Source: Tubiluchus corallicola (Eukaryota > Animalia > Priapulida). From it: a stretch of 36,698 nt of DNA. The translations under genes and the position numbers were made by a program. The stretch is taken from positions 1 through 36,698 of the forward strand of contig JAQGDQ010001518.1 in NCBI GenBank assembly GCA_030141605.1, in the 5' to 3' direction. Below the pieces are notes generated by a model, which saw only the letters and a program-made list of their open reading frames with translations, ran no database searches and had not been told where the DNA came from. Below, one piece after another: positions 1 to 28,797 of this stretch. Position 1 is the first letter of the stretch; each line of letters starts with the position of its first letter.

Positions 1-483
1 TGTCAAGTAAACGTAAAGAAACCTGGCGTGACCTTTGCTGTGAAGTGAAAATAATTATTAGAAAGAATTGTCGTGCATTAACGACTAAGAAACATTAACT
101 GCTAGAGCAGGTTTTAGATACGAAGGACACTAGTAGTAAAAGTGAAGCAAAAATTCGTAAGACGGTCTCTCATTCTTTTATATATTTTCGTATGTTGTTC
201 CAACATTATTGACAAACCACATCCGTAAGAATAAATTAGTCATCCTCGTTGTTCGTTGTTAGTTTGTGACCCAGATGACCCACTTCTTCGGTCCAATTTA
301 ACGCTGTACGAGCTATATAGAATTAGCTATAATTCTAGGTAAATTAATTAAATTCTGGCTGTTAATACTTTGTTTTACTGGAGTCAAGAATCACGTCATG
401 CTGGTCAGCATACTGAGCATTGATTTAAGACAGGTCACAGACATTAATATAAATATTTATGTATTTTCTTATTTTCTGAATAA

Positions 484-1235
<752 letters not shown>

Positions 1236-1582
1236 GCGTGTATAATAAATAATAAATACTAGCATAGATTTTAATGTTTTCCTCCATTATGATAAGGCTT
1301 CTCAATTTATACATATTTGATAACTCGTGTTTTAGACCATTGTTTTATAGCCACTACACCTTACATTGACAGAGTGTTTTATGAATGCGCCTGAAGGCCA
1401 AGAAACATGACACTTGTTCACTGTATCAAAATTCAGCACACATTTGAAAAGAATGACTTTCTGACACAGAAAGGTCTTAATTGTCTCGCGGAAGTTGACC
1501 TTTTCACTCATACTTACCTGCATTATAGCTGGATCAGCGTAAATGAATTCCTGCTTGTGTTTGTTTTTTGTTCTAACTGCAG

Positions 1583-1606
1583 TTTTTCACTTGAATGGAA
1601 GTACAG
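1583..1606 (+). CDS. candidate 24-nt upstream micro-exon of the TTLL4-like gene
   Basis: Pyrimidine tract plus ctaac then tgcag acceptor at 1582; cag|gtatgt donor. Read as phase 1-1 it is open (xFHLNGST) and joins exon 2426 in frame. No homology support. Confidence 0.35.
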
Positions 1607-1740
1607 GTATGTAGTAAGTAGTTGTTTTAGTTTAGAAACAAGTAGTTATTTTACTATAAGCAAGTTTATATAAACGTGTATTTTGAAATACATGCATTTT
1701 TACTGTCTGATACTGTTTACACATTTCGGTGTAGCAGCTT

Positions 1741-2210
1741 AAAACATTCAGACACTTTAAAGTAAAAATATGTGAACATTTGAGTATCTCGTCTAGAACT
1801 GGCAATAAAATTAAAAATTCTCCTCAATGTAGCATTAATGACCATATTTTGGCACAAAGTTGATTTTAATAATTTCAGCATTGTAATCAAAGCTACAAAT
1901 AACTGGGATTTATTGATAAAAGAAATTTTCATAAAAGAAATGTACACTAATAAGCATTCTCTTAATGTACAAAGTAGTTCAATTCCATTAACTTTATTTT
2001 CAAACACTTAGCTATCTGTTACTGTATCTATTTCTTTTCTGCATGTCTGTTTATTCATTACTTTGTCTTCTTTGTAGATACGTAATTAGTGCATAATTTT
2101 TTCTATACTGTTGGTTCTGCGTTTACAAACTGGTTGTTGTTTGCATGTTTTTTAAACAGTTGCAAATTAATTTTTTTAACAAAAGTTGTGTTGTTTTAAT
2201 AATAAATGTT
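1741..2210 (+). mobile_element. Penelope-like repeat copy A (hammerhead segment deleted)
   Basis: Long matches to 8435-8782 (e.g. gcatgtctgtttattcattactttgtcttctttgtagatacgtaattagtgcataatttt) and to the reverse complement of 7676-8195. Confidence 0.6.
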
Positions 2211-2425
2211 TAATCTAGTGAAAATCACAAGTATTTATACTACAATTTGTACTACTTAATTGCCAAATGAATCTATTATGAAAGGGTTGCCATTTGTAAT
2301 ATCAATAATGATCATCGTGTAATTGAATCATATATATATGACAATTGGTGATATTTCTTAGAAACATTTGATGGCTTTTTCTTTTTGTAAATTTGAATTA
2401 ATTCATAGAATAAATTTGATTTCAG

Positions 2426-17138
<14,713 letters not shown>

Positions 17139-18225
17139 CGATATTCACTTGAACTTCATTTAAAGATAACAGAATTTAAGTAATTTTCTCCCTCCCAAAA
17201 CTTTCCATACAAATTGATATTTTTAGCATTAGGCCTACATGCTTGAAAGACTTGTGTAATTGAAAAAAAATCTTAGCAATGAATTTTTAAAGAGTTTGTG
17301 CCAACGTCGACGCAAGCTCTGTATGCAATAAGATAGCACGTAAGTGGTGCAAAATTTTAAAACGATTTTAAGCTTTATTTATGAAGAGTAGTTCTTGCCC
17401 TTTAAATAACTTTTATTTATTGCCAACTTTACCTCTTTGCCTCTCACAAACAATAACAGTAACACGAACAAACAACAACAATAATGGAGAGCAGACTCGC
17501 TTTGCGAGAGCCTCCGCATCATCATCATCTGCCGTATGAAGCTTCTGGCAACAATAAGTATAGCCTTACTTTCCCTGAACACTAAACATCAAATGGTTCA
17601 ATATTGGAATAACGGTGTTGGAGCAATAGAACGCTATTCGTGTGAACCGTGTTCAAAGTGTGCCAAGGCCTTAAAGAAAACGGAATTTTAAAATAATTCT
17701 CAGAAACCTTTTCCATACAAAGTCATATTACTTATCATTATGCTAGCATGTTTGAAAGATTCGTGTAATTGGAAAAACTTAATAATTTAAAGAATTTGTG
17801 CCAATTTTACCACTAACGCAAGCTCTGCATGCAATAAGAAAGCACGTAAATGGTGCAGACGATTTTTAAGCTTATTTTACGAAGAGTGTTTAGTTGTCCT
17901 TTAAATAACTTTTATTTACTGCTGTTCCATTTTACCTACATTCACAGAAAACAATTATAAGTCCCAATTAACAGTCTGCCGTAGTTTTAAATAAGGTTAA
18001 TTTATGCGTTAATAAAACAATGTCAATAACGCGTTTTCCCTTTTAAAGAGCAAAACGTCTCAGTAAATGGCGCTATAGGTGTAAGATAGTAATTGCTAGA
18101 CCAAATAAAATCGCTTAAAGGAAGACAGGATGATTTTTCATATATTACCCCATTCCAAGTACGGCAAAAATGTTCATTTTAGCACCATTAATACTGTAAA
18201 TTAAACAATAGATTAAAATCTAGAT

Positions 18226-18793
18226 TAGAGTCTATATTGGACGTATAGTCTAGACTGATTCGCATTACTGTTGTAGAGCAGAGTGAACTAGAGTCTATAT
18301 TGGATGTAGAGTCTAGACTGATTCACGTTACTATTGTAGAGCAGAGTGAAGTAGACACTATAACGGATGGAGAGTCTAGACTGATTCACGTTACTATTGT
18401 AGAGCAGAGTGAACTAGAGTCTATAATGGATGTAGAGTCTAGACTGAATCACGTTACTATTGTAGAGCAGAGTGAACTAGAGTTTATAATGGATGTAGAG
18501 TCTAGACTGATTCACGTTACTATTGTAGAGCAGAGTGAACTAGAGTTTATAATGGATGTAGAGTCTAGACTGAATCACGTTACTATTGTAGAGCAGAGTG
18601 AACTAGAGTTTATAATGGATGTAGAGTCTAGACTGAATCACGTTACTATTGTAGAGCAGAGTGAACTAGAGTCTATAACGGATGTAGAGTCTAGACTGAA
18701 TCACGTTACTATTGTAGAGCAGAGTGAACTAGAGTCTATAACGGATGTAGAGTCTAGACTGATTCACGTTACTGTTGTAGAGCAGAGTGAACT
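18226..18793. repeat. 63-bp tandem repeat, 9 copies
   Basis: gtctagactg recurs every 63 bp from 18248 to 18752. Confidence 0.95.
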
Positions 18794-18794
18794 T

Positions 18795-19426
<632 letters not shown>

Positions 19427-21299
19427 GACTTGTCATATATAGTGCAACCTTCGCTGACAGTAACTAGTTTCGGCCTATCATTTCAAAAGTGTATATTTAT
19501 TAAGAAGACCCTGCTTTAATGTTTTAGCAAAGGTAAATGCTAAACATTTGCACAAACATAAACAACGGAAAACAACAGCACCCATTAAAGAGTGTGCGTT
19601 TCAGTTTTCAGTGAGATTTCACGTAGGCTCTATAAAACCTAACGCGAGTCCCAAAAGCCATTACCCAAGGCTATTTACTACCGTCCAGGATCCTTACAAA
19701 CAAACAAACTACATAATTCCGGTGGTCATAAAGCGTTTTAATGGTGCAAGAAGTCAGCTTGCTCAAACTCACAATCAGATACTTAAACCACAATTAAAAC
19801 TCGAAAAAAATAAACACTAAACTAGCTTGTTTAAAGGAAGACAGGATTATTTTCCACACACTACCTCATTTTCAAGTATGATAAAAAGTATACATTTTAA
19901 CACCAATAAGACTGCAAAAGAAGATAATTAAGTAATAGATTAAAATCTTAATTAACGGCGAGCCCAACTATTGATAACATCACAAACTAACATAATTTTC
20001 AACATCAAAAATATTCCATAATTTCGGTGGTTTCTGAATTTATATATGAGATTCGAGGCTACATCTCCAACGACGGCACCATTTTCGGCGATCTATACAT
20101 CAAACGAAAAGTCTCGGTCTGGTGTCGTGCCATTGGGGGTCTATTTTTCCAAACGGGAGGAACGGAGGGCGAAAAAGCTCCAAAAATGGCCATTTTTCGC
20201 CCGTTTATTTCTAGGAACGGGAATGTGACGGAGGCGGTACTTAAAATGGTTAGATAACCCGTTCAGTGGTGGGTGTTATAGGCGTATTTAGACGTGAGGA
20301 CCACCGCCTTCCTCAACGGGCGTTTTCCCGGAACCAACTCCCGATTTTTTCGAAATTTTGACCAAACGCCCTCTAGAAAAAACGTTCTAGCTCCGCCCGG
20401 TAGGACTCTTGGAAGGAGATATATATAGCTCCTTGACAAGAAGCAAAATAGGGCTATGTAGTGATGTGGGTCTCTTTTGTAGTCTCCCGCAGCAAGTGGA
20501 GCCGTAACCTGTTGATTGGGGGTTCCATTTTGAGCGTTCTCCTTTAGAAGCTACAGTGACGTTTGCATTGTTCTGACATCATTCTGTTGTACTCTGCCTA
20601 TAAATTTGCTGAACTAAAAGACGCTGCTGGCTTTGTGTTATATTGAGGACTATGTGGGATGTTTGCGTATTAGTTATAAGTGGTAAAATTTATACGCAAA
20701 ATTTTTTGCGGGGCCTTTGCTATCTAAATTATTCCACGAACGTGTTGCACGTGTTTGCGAAAATGAAAATTGAAGTACAGTGCTACTGTAAGATATTCAG
20801 TGTGTTGTACTAAAACTAGGCAAGTTTTAATATAAAAATTCTAATTTACCGCTGTGCTCACGCATGAGCTGTCGAACGTGTGTAGTTCGTCACAAACAAA
20901 CACATCTGAACAGAGAGGTACAACACCTGTTTTTTGTGCAACGCTTTCCGAAATGCAGGCGCTAGTGCTCGTCTATCTAGCGAATGGCGAAATGCGTGTA
21001 ACAGCGAAGAACTAGAGGCGCGAACGTGAAATTGCGTTTTTGTGGTAATAATTCTTTCACGTAAACCAATCTTTAAAAAATAACATACCTCCGTTCAATA
21101 TCTTAAAGAGTTGGTTGTTTTGACCTACAGGTTAAGATTGGGTCCGGCTTTGCTTTAAAACAGTATGATTACGCTGTTGTTTTTGAAATATTATAGCATG
21201 AATGTTTTAGAGCACGGAAAAGTAGAGATAAGTAAGCAGAGGCTGAGATAATAAAGACAAAAAGAGAAAAGTGGAAGGGAGAGGTGACGAGAGATAGTC

Positions 21300-21820
<521 letters not shown>

Positions 21821-22278
21821 CTGCTTTATTTGTAATTTAACAATTATTACTACATTTCATCATGAAGTTAAAGCACCTTTAATGAAGAGGTGGATCGGTT
21901 TTATCACTAACTCTTCATTGCACTAGAAGCTTTTACACGCTTCCCGTAATTCAATTCCGACGTCAAATTTCATCACGCAGCTTTCAGTTATAATTAAAAA
22001 AAAAATGGCACAAAGTTTTGTCTTCATCTTACTTACGTAATGCGAAAGATTTCATTGAGCTCTGCGATTATGCAAAAGCCAGAAAGACTATTAAGCAGCT
22101 TTATACGGCAGTAATCACACTAAAGCTTTAAAAGCAGGGAGCCTCCACATGTCAGAAACCGAACACTTTCTACATTAAGTTATTCAACACTGTTCAGTTC
22201 CTATAGTGCCTAGTTTCAAAACTATTAAAAAATTTGTTACATTTTACAAAACGTGGGTATGTATGTAGGTATGTATTT

Positions 22279-22531
22279 GACCAGACGGTTTAGTCTAGTG
22301 GTAACGCGTCTGCTTTCCGTCTGGGAGGTCGTGAGTTCGAACCAGCGGCCGGGTCATACCAAAGACTTTAAAAATGGTACCTGATTTGCCCTGTCTGACG
22401 CGTGGTATTTAGGGTAAAAGTGGGGTAGTAATAGTCTCTGTTATGTAGTTGTAGGTTGTTATTTACAGTCGGCGATAATAGCTCTTTGAGCTAATGTTAA
22501 TTGTTGACTCAAAAGCTGAGTTTAAATAAAG
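22279..22531 (+). mobile_element. tRNA-derived SINE (body resembles the recalled Meta-type domain)
   Basis: A box tagtctagtgg (22291-22301), B box gttcgaacc (22335-22343), then ggccgggtcataccaaagactttaaaaatggtacc; ends aataaag plus (ATT)n. Does not close a tRNA cloverleaf. Confidence 0.75.
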
Positions 22532-22620
<89 letters not shown>

Positions 22621-22716
22621 CATTATCATTATCATTATCATTATCATTATCATCATCATTATCATCATCATCATCAACATCATCATCATCATCATCATCA
22701 TCATTATTATTATTAT
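22532..22716. repeat. (ATT)n/(ATCATT)n/(ATC)n compound microsatellite
   Basis: Directly visible; abuts the SINE 3' end. Confidence 0.97.
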
Positions 22717-22940
22717 GTCAGTCTCCTAAGTACAGGTTCTGAACATGGCTTTCGTGCCTGTTATTGTCTGTCAACAGCAGAGCGCATGCGTGGCTACGAG
22801 ACAGAAAACAGACCATTAATGTATTTTAAAATGGCTTCATTTTCATTTTTTCTTTGCCTCTTTATTATGAAAAGTTAATAGTTATTACACTACAAGTGAA
22901 CGCAAATTTTGCAGAACCGTTGGCAGTGATTTTGAATGAC

Positions 22941-23625
22941 CTTGACCTTGAATGACGTTGAAGCATTATTTTTCATGATGGTTCATATGCATTTTCATAT
23001 CAGCTATGCATTGATGCCATCTTAAAAGCCATCTAGTTGAGTTATTTTGATTTTACAGCAGCGTTGAGCTGCTTAATGGCCATTTTGAATGACTTTGCCA
23101 ATTACATTTTATTTGCTTTAACAAATTAACAAACTTTTTTCATTTAACATGTAGAGCTTGAACTAATTTGTTGTAATTCTCACCATTTGTTGTGTTTCCT
23201 TGTGTATTTATTGCACCGTATACGAGAACGCATAAATGGTATAAATAAGTAAGAAGAAAGATTATTTTCCCCATGGCGACTAAACATAAAATACTACGAC
23301 ATCATCTGTAAAGATTATTACGTCTCTTAATTCTCCATTAAGGTTTGATGCCAACTATTTTTTGTATGAAGCTACTGAGACGAAATAATGCACAGCAGTC
23401 CTCTGAGAAAACTAAGCAATATGGCTACGAGTCAGTAATGTTGTAATGTCACATAATATATCATATTATTATGTAATATGAATGGTAATATCTTGACCTT
23501 GAATGACTTTGAAGCATTATTTTTCTGATGGGCCATTTTTATATCAGCTATGCATTGACGCCATCTTAAAAGCCATCTAGTTGAGTTATTTTGACTTTAC
23601 AGCAGCGTTGGTGGCCATTTTGAAT
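22941..23625 (+). repeat. pair of ~140-bp direct repeats (22941-23090 and 23492-23625)
   Basis: Shared cttgaccttgaatgac...atatcagctatgcattga.gccatcttaaaagccatctagttgagttattttga...ggccattttgaat. Confidence 0.85.
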
Positions 23626-24495
23626 TTAAAGCGGATTTATTGGGATTCTTATTATAATGTTGTTCTAGACCTTCTAAGTTTCGGTGCAGCATGCGCAATT
23701 TTTGTCCGAATCACACATTTTTGTGCTAATTTAACTGGACAAGAGTATCGCAACGAAAAAAAAATCAAACTTGCGCGTTCATTCACATTGAGTTCTTCAC
23801 GACTGACGGTTTCCACTGTTGCCGAGCCCGTTGTCGTCTAATAATGCTTATAATTGAACTTCGTATATAAAACGAGCTTTCGCAAGTCGATGTAAATATC
23901 TTCCTGGATCACATCTAAAATTGATGTGTCTAAAACTTATTGTCAAGCAACCAGGTTTCATTCCGAGTGTCAACAAGTGGCTATAAAAAGATTTACAATA
24001 TCAGCAGATATTTGTACTGGTTTCTCTGCTTTAATGTAATATATTCTGGCTTCCACATACAATTGCTCACTGGGACAGATGAACTGCGCACGCGCAATAA
24101 TGCTAGGTGGGTCGGAAAGTAAAGAGGCGGTTTCTCGGTGTGCGTTATGACAAAATCATCACGAAGTTGTTCGTGTTGATAAGCAGAACCTCGCAAGTTA
24201 TAGACTAAATGCTCCTAGTTTTCCAAAAACTTTCGAACAGTTGTAGAACATGATTATGTGTAGAGAGCTCGTGTGCATACGGCGGATACGTAAACGGCAA
24301 AATTGGTGAGGCTAAAACGAGGAATTCTCTGTTTATTGTGGCTAAGTGAATAAAAAGTAACAAAAGAGAGAGAAGCAAAAACGGAAGCGGAAACGCTGAA
24401 ACATTTAGCAACTCCCGACACCGCCGTGAGGATTGTAACTTTAATTTACATGCACATTAAATCATTGGAAGATCTCACATCGAAATACAAGAAGA

Positions 24496-25017
24496 ATGGC
24501 TTTGATAAACGGCAGCATCCAATTTTTTAACGTTACTCTAGGTGATTCGGAAATGAACGACTCGTTTGAGAATGAAACCGGAAGCGGTCGATCACCGAAC
24601 ATGCGATTAACTTCCGATCGCATCCTATCGATAATCGTCTACGCCGTGTTCTTCGTTGTGGCCGGGCTGGGAAACTTGACCGTTCTGATAGCCATACTAA
24701 AGAGACGGCGGATGTCCAGGCTCAATCGTCTCATTTTTCACTTGGCCACTGCGGACTTGCTGACCGCATTCCTCATGATACCCACCGAAGTAGCCTGGAC
24801 CATCACGATCACCTGGAACGCCGGTGACGTCATGTGCCGCATCATGTCCTTCTGGAAGACATTTGGTTTGTACTTGTCTTCGTTTATCCTGGTGGCGATA
24901 AGTCTGGATAGGTGCTTTGCAGTGGTTCATCCATTAAGCGTCTCGGTAGCTGGAACTAGAGGTAAAGCAATGATAATCAGTTCTTGGATTGGTAGTGCCA
25001 TTTGCAGCTTACCTCAG
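24496..25017 (+). CDS. first coding exon of an AKH/ACP/GnRH-receptor-family class A GPCR (N-terminus plus TM1-TM4)
   Basis: Four N-glycosylation sequons in the N-terminus; GNLTV (TM1), HLATADLL (TM2), W..GDVMCRIMSFWKTFGLYLSSFILVAISLDRC (TM3), W....CSLPQ (TM4). Ends at cag|gtaaat after PQ, an intron position recalled from GnRH-type receptors. No later exon recognised in the window. Confidence 0.92.
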
Positions 25018-25232
25018 GTAAATAGTTATAAAAACCTTTGTAAATTACTTTAGCGCTTAGGCGTGACAACAGTTCGGCTACATTTGGTCGGCCTAGAACT
25101 AGAAGGTAGACTAGAACTAGGGGGGCGACTTAAAATGTAAATCGATCCTTTTTATAGTCGTCCGGAAAGAGTCAATCGCTTTTAACTTTTAAACCACAAT
25201 AATATATTTGACTACTCTTACTACACTATGCC

Positions 25233-25739
25233 CAGGGCCTATTTCAGCATAGGCGAGGCCAGGGGAAGTGGGGCGTGTGAGGCTTCAAATTTTTGAACCG
25301 CTAGAACACCGGAGAAGCATTTTTGAAGAGAAAATATAGAGTTATACAGTTGTTAAAGAAAAGAACAATTGAAAGAAAAACTGCTTTATTCTCAAGACCA
25401 GTCCTTAATACTTGTCAAATAGTCAAATCAAAAACAACATCTTTGCAATATGTAATACCGTACTCTCACTTCCGTACAAACCATCTTCTGACTTTTTGTT
25501 TCGCAAAGTTATCAATTAGCTCGTTAAAATCAAAGCCTCTTGCTACATCCACATTCACTCGAACAAGGCAAACGGCGCGCGTGCGGCAAGAGAGAGAGAG
25601 AGAGAGAGCGGGGGGGGAGGAGGCAGTATGTTCGCATAAAGCAAAAAAATGCTACCTCGTCGCGAGGCCCCCCTGGAGGGTGAGGCCCCGGGGAAGTATC
25701 CCCACTCCCCCCCCCCCCCCCCACTTGAAATAGGCCCTG
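25233..25739. mobile_element. hAT MITE, young insertion in GPCR intron 1
   Basis: Perfect 14-bp TIRs cagggcctatttca / tgaaataggccctg; perfect 8-bp TSD ACTATGCC (25225-25232, 25740-25747). Confidence 0.92.
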
Positions 25740-26422
25740 ACTATGCCTATATATTTAAATTGATCCTGTGATACATACGTTACATAACCTGTCAAGCAAG
25801 TGCTGGAGTTCTCTGCATTGCAGTTGTAGTTGACGCATGGCGACAGCACTGAGCCTGAACCTGAATATTTTGTGTGACGTCGTTCAGTGACATCTGTTAA
25901 GAATCCAGGGTATTAATTTACATGAATAAATGCCTGCTTGGCCCATTTCCTTTGCGACGTGTAAGCGAGTCAACCCAGTAACGTGTTGCCGACACTATTT
26001 CCCGTAACCTGTTCTACATCCACATTAATTAAGATTTTACTTAAAATCTCCAAGCAAAATTTTCTTGAACCTCATGCAGTTAATTAGTCTTCTTAATATT
26101 ATTTAGTCCTTCAAACCTTTCGCTTACTACAGTAAGTCTTCAGATGTGCAAGCTAATTAATCCTTTTTGTCCGTTAACGGTTAAAAATTAACTAATTACT
26201 ACGTAAGGTAATGAAGTTTCCCAGGCTAAAATCTATGATTTCGGATGAATTTCTAATTTTTGGGTGTCTTCGTATTAGAAATACACTTCCTACACTTAGT
26301 GTCATCAATGTAATCATTGATTCATTGTTCATTTTTCATTGTTTTGCATTCTTCATCTCTCTATCATTCTCTTCTTCGTGTACATTTATTCAGCCAGCAA
26401 GTACTACATGGAAATAATGGAG

Positions 26423-26510
26423 GTCTGTCTGTGTGTCTGTCTGCCTTCCTTCGTGCCTGTATGTCTGTCTGCCTGCTTTTTCGTTCGTTTGTTTGTCGTT
26501 TGTCTGTCTA

Positions 26511-26565
<55 letters not shown>

Positions 26566-26680
26566 GCACGGCAACCTGCCTGCTCGTTCGTTTGTCTGTC
26601 TGCCTTTCTATATGTCTATCTGTCTGTCTGTCTGTCTGTCTGTCGGTCTGTCTCTCTATCTGTCGATGTGTCTGTCTGTC
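26423..26680. repeat. (GTCT)n microsatellite
   Basis: Directly visible. Confidence 0.95.
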
Positions 26681-27208
26681 AATTTGTTTTTCCCATCTCC
26701 TTTCTTGTCCGAAAATTCACATTAAGTCTGGCTTCTTTGGTGGCCTTACAATATTATTTAGATCGTATGCTTCGTTCATACATGTGTAACCATGCGTTTA
26801 GTTAACCTTGCCTATAAAAAGGAGGTGTCACCCGCTAATCGGTGACCACCTATTAGCAGGTACCACAAAAGGTGGTCCCCTTTTTTCTTGTTTTTTTATA
26901 TAGGCCTGTATGTGAGATTACTCATTTAAAGTGCTGTGAATTATGTGATTATTTTTGTTATGATTTGTAACTTAATTTGAAATGTAAAGTGTGACAGTTA
27001 AATTTGAATTTTGTTAATAAAGTGTATTATTAGTGTGGCCGCAATTTATACAAATCGTTATGTTTCTCTAATGACTATTTTTGACTGGATTATTTTCACA
27101 GCACAATTAGTGCAAAATCACAGGTAAGAGCAAGTCAATCAATACCCACTAAGGTTTTTAGCGTAATGCAACCTTTCTAACTGCAATAAATTAGACATAA
27201 AATTAGTG

Positions 27209-27782
27209 TTAACAGTGCACGATCAGGACAGGCTCTCTCCCTCTCTTTAACAGTGCACGATCAGGACAGGCTCTCTCCCTCTCTTTAACAGTACACGATC
27301 AGGACAGGCTCTCTCCCTCTCTTTAACAGTGCACGATCAGGACAGGCTCTCTCCCTCTCTTTAACAGTGCACGATCAGGACAGGCTCTCTCCCTCTCTTT
27401 AACAGTGCACGATCAGGACAGGCTCTCTCCCTCTCTTTAACAGTGCACGATCAGGACAGGCTCTCTCCCTCTCTTTAACAGTGCACGATCAGGACAGGCT
27501 CTCTCCCTCTCTTTAACAGTGCACGATCAGGACAGGCTCTCTCCCTCTCTTTAACAGTGCACGATCAGGACAGGCTCTCTCCCTCTCTTTAACAGTGCAC
27601 GATCAGGACAGGCTCTCTCCCTCTCTTTAACAGTGCACGATCAGGACAGGCTCTCTCCCTCTCTTTAACAGTGCACGATCAGGAAAGGCTCTCTCCCTCT
27701 CTTTAACAGTGCACGATCAGGACAGGCTCTCTCCCTCTCTTTAACAGTGCACGATCAGGACAGGCTCTCTCCCTCTCTTTAA
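27209..27782. repeat. 38-bp tandem repeat (ttaacagtgcacgatcaggacaggctctctccctctct), 15 near-identical copies
   Basis: Period 38 from 27209 to 27778 plus a closing ttaa; only two variant bases seen. Confidence 0.97.
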
Positions 27783-28309
27783 AGCTATTTGGCATCAAAT
27801 TCAATTTTTTCGATATTTCTTTCATTTTTCTTTCTTTCTGAAGAAGGAGAAGAAGAAGAAGAAGAAGAAATAGAACCTACTGGCTTATAATCTTTATTTT
27901 AATCTTCGCTCGAACCACAAGATTCTTCAGCCGTTCGTCAGTTTAATGTTCAGTTGAGTGTACTATCTCAGATATTTTTTAGCACTAGCCACAAATATAA
28001 TACCATTGATGCCATCGTACGTCGAAGAAAAGTTTTTGATGAGTAACAGCGACGCCTTCTATTAATCGTCATAGTCGCCCTAATAACCGAGAAGTGAAGA
28101 AAACGTCAAAGCAAAAACATCACAAACGAGCGGATTTTGTGACCAGTGTGCAACTGAGACGAAGATTTGTAATACCATTACATCATAAACTCTGATTTTA
28201 TTATACTAGCTTTCTCATTCTTGCTCGATCGTGCGTCCAATTTCAATGGTTTATTTTGGCAAGAAAAGTCACTACTGTTGATGCATTACTAGTGTTTTCA
28301 TTTTCATTC

Positions 28310-28797
28310 ACTACGGCCAAATCACGTTGAGAACACCGTGATCACTGAAGTTAAGCAACGTAGAGCCTGGTTAGTGCTTTAATGGGTGACCACGTAGGAA
28401 TACCAGCTGCTGTAGGCTTGCGGGATGCCCACACTGTATCTCGACACTAGGCGGAGGAGCTGTACAAGCAGCCAACGGCTAGAGGGCGGAGGAGGTCAAG
28501 TGACCCAACGGCCGTGTGTAGAGGAGTAAACCTTCCAAATCAGGAGTGGAGCCCCGAAGGCGGACCAGTGCAGCATGCTCACTGACTCCAGCAGCTCCTG
28601 CAGCCAACCTGGTGCCAAACGTATCGCTCCGCTTTACGTTGGACTACACCAGGAAGGAAGAGAGGGGGTTCCTGCGGTCTGGGCAACTCAGGGTCTCCAT
28701 ACACCTTGCCCAGGCGTGCACCCTGGAGACGTTCAAGGATCGGACTCTCTTGGCGCACATTCCATTGTCTTCCGAGACAGATGCATGCCAACAACAA
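28310..28797 (+). mobile_element. 5S rRNA-derived SINE (SINE3), copy 1
   Basis: 5S-like head 28310-28419 (about 10 nt deleted) with no T-run terminator, then a ~380-bp body shared with 35027-35454. Confidence 0.88.

Noticed and set aside
22279-22350. functional tRNA gene
   Set aside because: A and B boxes are present but there is no acceptor stem or terminator, and it continues into a SINE body and tail.
27209-27782. CRISPR-like array (also considered for 18226-18793, 11411-11735 and 16208-16480)
   Set aside because: Head-to-tail units with no unique spacers, no cas genes, and a eukaryotic spliced-gene context.
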